Below, in pieces: positions 52,451-55,094 of a DNA stretch of 55,094 bases. The notes beneath the pieces are model-generated. The model saw only the letters and a program-made list of their open reading frames with translations. It was not told where the DNA came from and did not search any database. Each line of letters opens with the position of its first letter. Position 1 is the stretch's first letter. The DNA lies in IMG/VR virus record IMGVR_UViG_3300044955_000042, positions 1 to 55,094 of that record, one strand, 5' to 3'. Origin of the DNA: a virus. Its lineage: Duplodnaviria; Caudoviricetes. The position numbers and the translations under genes were made by a program.

Positions 52451-53916
52451 AACCCTACACAGTTTGTAAAGTTGGCTCTAAAGAATCAAATGCCTTTAGG
52501 AATTTCATCTTTCAAGATGAGAAGTATCTTATCTCAGAAAACCTCTACCCAAACTTGGCAAAATGCTGTTCAAATAGCACAAGCGTATCATACTACGAGG
52601 TTGATGAACTTAGCCCAGAACTTGAGGTTTACCTCCCACCAGAGAAGATAAAGTTTGGGACGTTTGAAGAGTATGCAGAGACACTTGCAGTCCAACATCA
52701 GGGAAAGTTCTTTGTAGCACCAAACGACTACCCAAAACTTTCCAAACTTTTGAGTGAACATTATATCAATGAAGCTGATGTACAGATCTTGAGGTCTCCA
52801 ACAGTACACAATCAAATCTGCAATCTTTATCAACCAATCTTTATCAAGGAGGACAGATCATCACTGTCTATCTACAAGACCGCAAAAGACTGGAAGCGTG
52901 GACGTAGGACAGTTATGAAGTTTGGTCGTGCAATACGGTGGATGATGCCAGAACTGTCTGATTTTACCATTGAGAGTATCTCTAAAGCCTATGTTGACCT
53001 GTATGCAGAGCGTGTGTATACACTCCATACAGGTGTGGCCAGAGAGGATTTTGCACACGCATACTCTGATAATCTGTCACGCTCTTATAACGCATCTACA
53101 TCAAGCTCTCGTAAAGCTCTGCATAACTCGTGTATGAGAGGTGTTGAGACAGACTCAGGTATTAGTCCAGCTGAGTGTTATGCCTCTGGTGACTTCCAGA
53201 TCACATGGCTTGAATGTGAGGAGGGTAAGATCGCCGGTCGTGTTGTTGTTCTTAAAGGCACAGAGGATTGTGACGCACAGGCCGGGCCTGTATATGGTGT
53301 CTGTGAGCAGTCACTAGACTTGCTAGAGGCTCACCTTGAGAGGATCGGTGCTTGTAGCTACAGTAACGGTGCAAGCTGGTCTGGCGCTAAACTACTCAAG
53401 CTTGAAGATTGCGGGGGTCTTATCGGGCCATACTCTGACATGGACGAATGTGCATCAACATCAAGCTGTGGTAAGTATCTAATCTTTGACTCACGAGGTG
53501 AGCACCTCCTCTCTAGCACAAGTGGCTACATTGAGGACGAGGGTACGGAGTACTGTGCTGACTGTGGTGACCGCTTCAACATGGAAGACGGAGAGGGTGG
53601 CTATATTGATGACCATGGGTGTGTTTGTGATAACTGTCTACAATATAACTACACTTATGTTGAAGACCTAGAACAGTATGTCCATGACGAAGATGTTATT
53701 CAGGTCCGTAGTCGTGCACTATCTAATACAATTACAGTCACAGTCAACTATAGTACAGACTACGACAGTTATGTATGTTGTGAGTGTGTGGGTGAGCTTT
53801 GGGAGTTTGATGACACTACTTACTCCGAGAGCCATAACGACTATGTACCAACACACATGATCGGTGACTTCCCAGAGATGTTTGCCGAAGAAGAAGAAAA
53901 GGAAGAAGCAGCTTAA
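52447..53916 (+). CDS. Early protein with SCM-motif domain and C-terminal CxxC repeats
   Basis: MKFGRAI, HNSCMRG, IAGRVVV, GPVYG, GPYSD, then YCADC, CVCDNC, CCEC. Confidence 0.75.
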   Translation: MKPYTVCKVGSKESNAFRNFIFQDEKYLISENLYPNLAKCCSNSTSVSYYEVDELSPELEVYLPPEKIKFGTFEEYAETLAVQHQGKFFVAPNDYPKLSKLLSEHYINEADVQILRSPTVHNQICNLYQPIFIKEDRSSLSIYKTAKDWKRGRRTVMKFGRAIRWMMPELSDFTIESISKAYVDLYAERVYTLHTGVAREDFAHAYSDNLSRSYNASTSSSRKALHNSCMRGVETDSGISPAECYASGDFQITWLECEEGKIAGRVVVLKGTEDCDAQAGPVYGVCEQSLDLLEAHLERIGACSYSNGASWSGAKLLKLEDCGGLIGPYSDMDECASTSSCGKYLIFDSRGEHLLSSTSGYIEDEGTEYCADCGDRFNMEDGEGGYIDDHGCVCDNCLQYNYTYVEDLEQYVHDEDVIQVRSRALSNTITVTVNYSTDYDSYVCCECVGELWEFDDTTYSESHNDYVPTHMIGDFPEMFAEEEEKEEAA

Positions 53917-54872
53917 TGGAACAATTAAAACAAATGTTACAATGGAAGAGACCTGGGCGAGATATCGCCACTGAGGTCTTTGCCAACACATATCTCCTAC
54001 CTGTATTTGGAGAACCTGATGTATTTGGAAACTATATCCTTACCATCAATAACAAAGACGGTAGCCACCCAAACCTATGCTTTACTGCACACTACGATAC
54101 AGTACATGCTGCTGGTGGCTTCCAAGAGCTCAAGATAGAGGGCGACACCATCAAGGCTGTGGACTCTGACTGTCTTGGTGCTGACTGTACTACAGGTATC
54201 TGGCTCTGTCTTGAGATGATCAATGCTGGCATACCAGCCGTCTATGTAATCCATGCAGAGGAAGAGTCAGGTTGTATAGGTAGTACAGAGCTCGTAGCCT
54301 CTGAGCCTGTCTGGATCAGCTGTGTAGATGCAGTTATCTCGTTTGACAGGTTCGGTACTACGTCTGTTATCACCCACCAGTGTGGTCAGAGGACTGCAAG
54401 CAATGCCTTCGCTAAGTCTTTTGCAGATGCTCTTGATATGCCCCAGCTAATAGCAGATGATGGTGGTATCTATACCGACTCTAACGAGTACGCAGGTGTT
54501 GTATCTGAGTGCACCAACATTAGTGTTGGCTACTATCATCAACACACATCAAAGGAGTATCAAGACCTGTCATTCCTTGAGTCTCTTAGGGACTCTCTTC
54601 TAAAGGCTGACTGGTCTAAGCTGGTGTTCAAGAGAGACCCAAAGGTTGTAGAGCTTGAGGACTACTCATACTTCGGTAGTAACGACAAGAGCTATGGAAG
54701 TTCTTATTCAATGTGGGAGTACGAGGATCTACTAGATCTTGTAATGTCTGCACCAGAAGAGCTTGCACAGTACCTAAACAAACAAGGTATAACAGCAGCA
54801 GAACTTGCTGAGGAGGCTGGCATCGACTCTTCCTCATACCTATCACGATACCTAGAAAGGGAAGTCCTATGA
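53916..54872 (+). CDS. M28/M20-like zinc peptidase
   Basis: TAHYDTV, LGADCTTG, AEEESGCIGS, ISFDR, YTDS, NISVGY..QHT..E. Confidence 0.85.
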   Translation: MEQLKQMLQWKRPGRDIATEVFANTYLLPVFGEPDVFGNYILTINNKDGSHPNLCFTAHYDTVHAAGGFQELKIEGDTIKAVDSDCLGADCTTGIWLCLEMINAGIPAVYVIHAEEESGCIGSTELVASEPVWISCVDAVISFDRFGTTSVITHQCGQRTASNAFAKSFADALDMPQLIADDGGIYTDSNEYAGVVSECTNISVGYYHQHTSKEYQDLSFLESLRDSLLKADWSKLVFKRDPKVVELEDYSYFGSNDKSYGSSYSMWEYEDLLDLVMSAPEELAQYLNKQGITAAELAEEAGIDSSSYLSRYLEREVL

Positions 54873-55090
54873 ATAGTAGCACTGCGTACCTTGCAGTGGT
54901 CTACCACAGTGACGGTAGAACCTCTGAGTTTGTAGATCAATATCAAGCTAATGTAGTCTCTGAAGCTTGCAATGCAGCCGAAGAGTACGAGGAGGTTCGT
55001 CTTTATGACATCATCTACGACTCTCTTGGTGAACCGCAAATTCAGGACTTGATTGCAGTTATCAATGCACCTATGAAAGATCAAGAATAG
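54869..55090 (+). CDS. Early hypothetical protein
   Basis: 73 aa, ATGA overlap with the peptidase. Confidence 0.65.
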   Translation: MNSSTAYLAVVYHSDGRTSEFVDQYQANVVSEACNAAEEYEEVRLYDIIYDSLGEPQIQDLIAVINAPMKDQE

Positions 55091-55094
55091 CATG

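Overview
This window is most of the genome of a tailed podovirus-like phage, probably infecting a marine alphaproteobacterium (Roseobacter/Rhodobacterales-like). It appears circularly permuted. 1-14297 (+) holds the 3' end of thyX, a mosaic of small genes and a cobavirus-like replication/nucleotide module: primase-helicase, PolA with Tyr762, SSB, nucleases, MazG, class II RNR, glutaredoxin and PhoH. 14354-48750 (-) is an HMO-2011-like late module: ejection proteins, virion lysozyme, two tail fibres, tail tubes, capsid, scaffold, portal, terminase, small basic proteins and lysis genes. 48751-50527 is a 1.8 kb non-coding control/terminus region. 50540-55090 (+) holds early genes. I saw no integrase, repressor, RNA polymerase, tRNA or CRISPR array. 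The most notable signals are: (i) a [FYM]xxGG peptide motif that delimits effector-like modules (zincin HExxH, PT-TG-like, ParB-like) in a 1194-aa head-module protein and recurs in other late proteins, suggesting a cargo-targeting or processing system; (ii) an early control region with phased alphaproteobacterial LexA boxes, paired IHF-like sites, a sigma70-like promoter and a 420-nt structured leader with boxA, followed by a strand-biased TGACACA motif; (iii) several small genes missed by the ORF track, including a DUF1127 protein and a duplicated Cys-rich protein; (iv) readable recombination scars. All family assignments come from motif recognition by eye, not from database searches.
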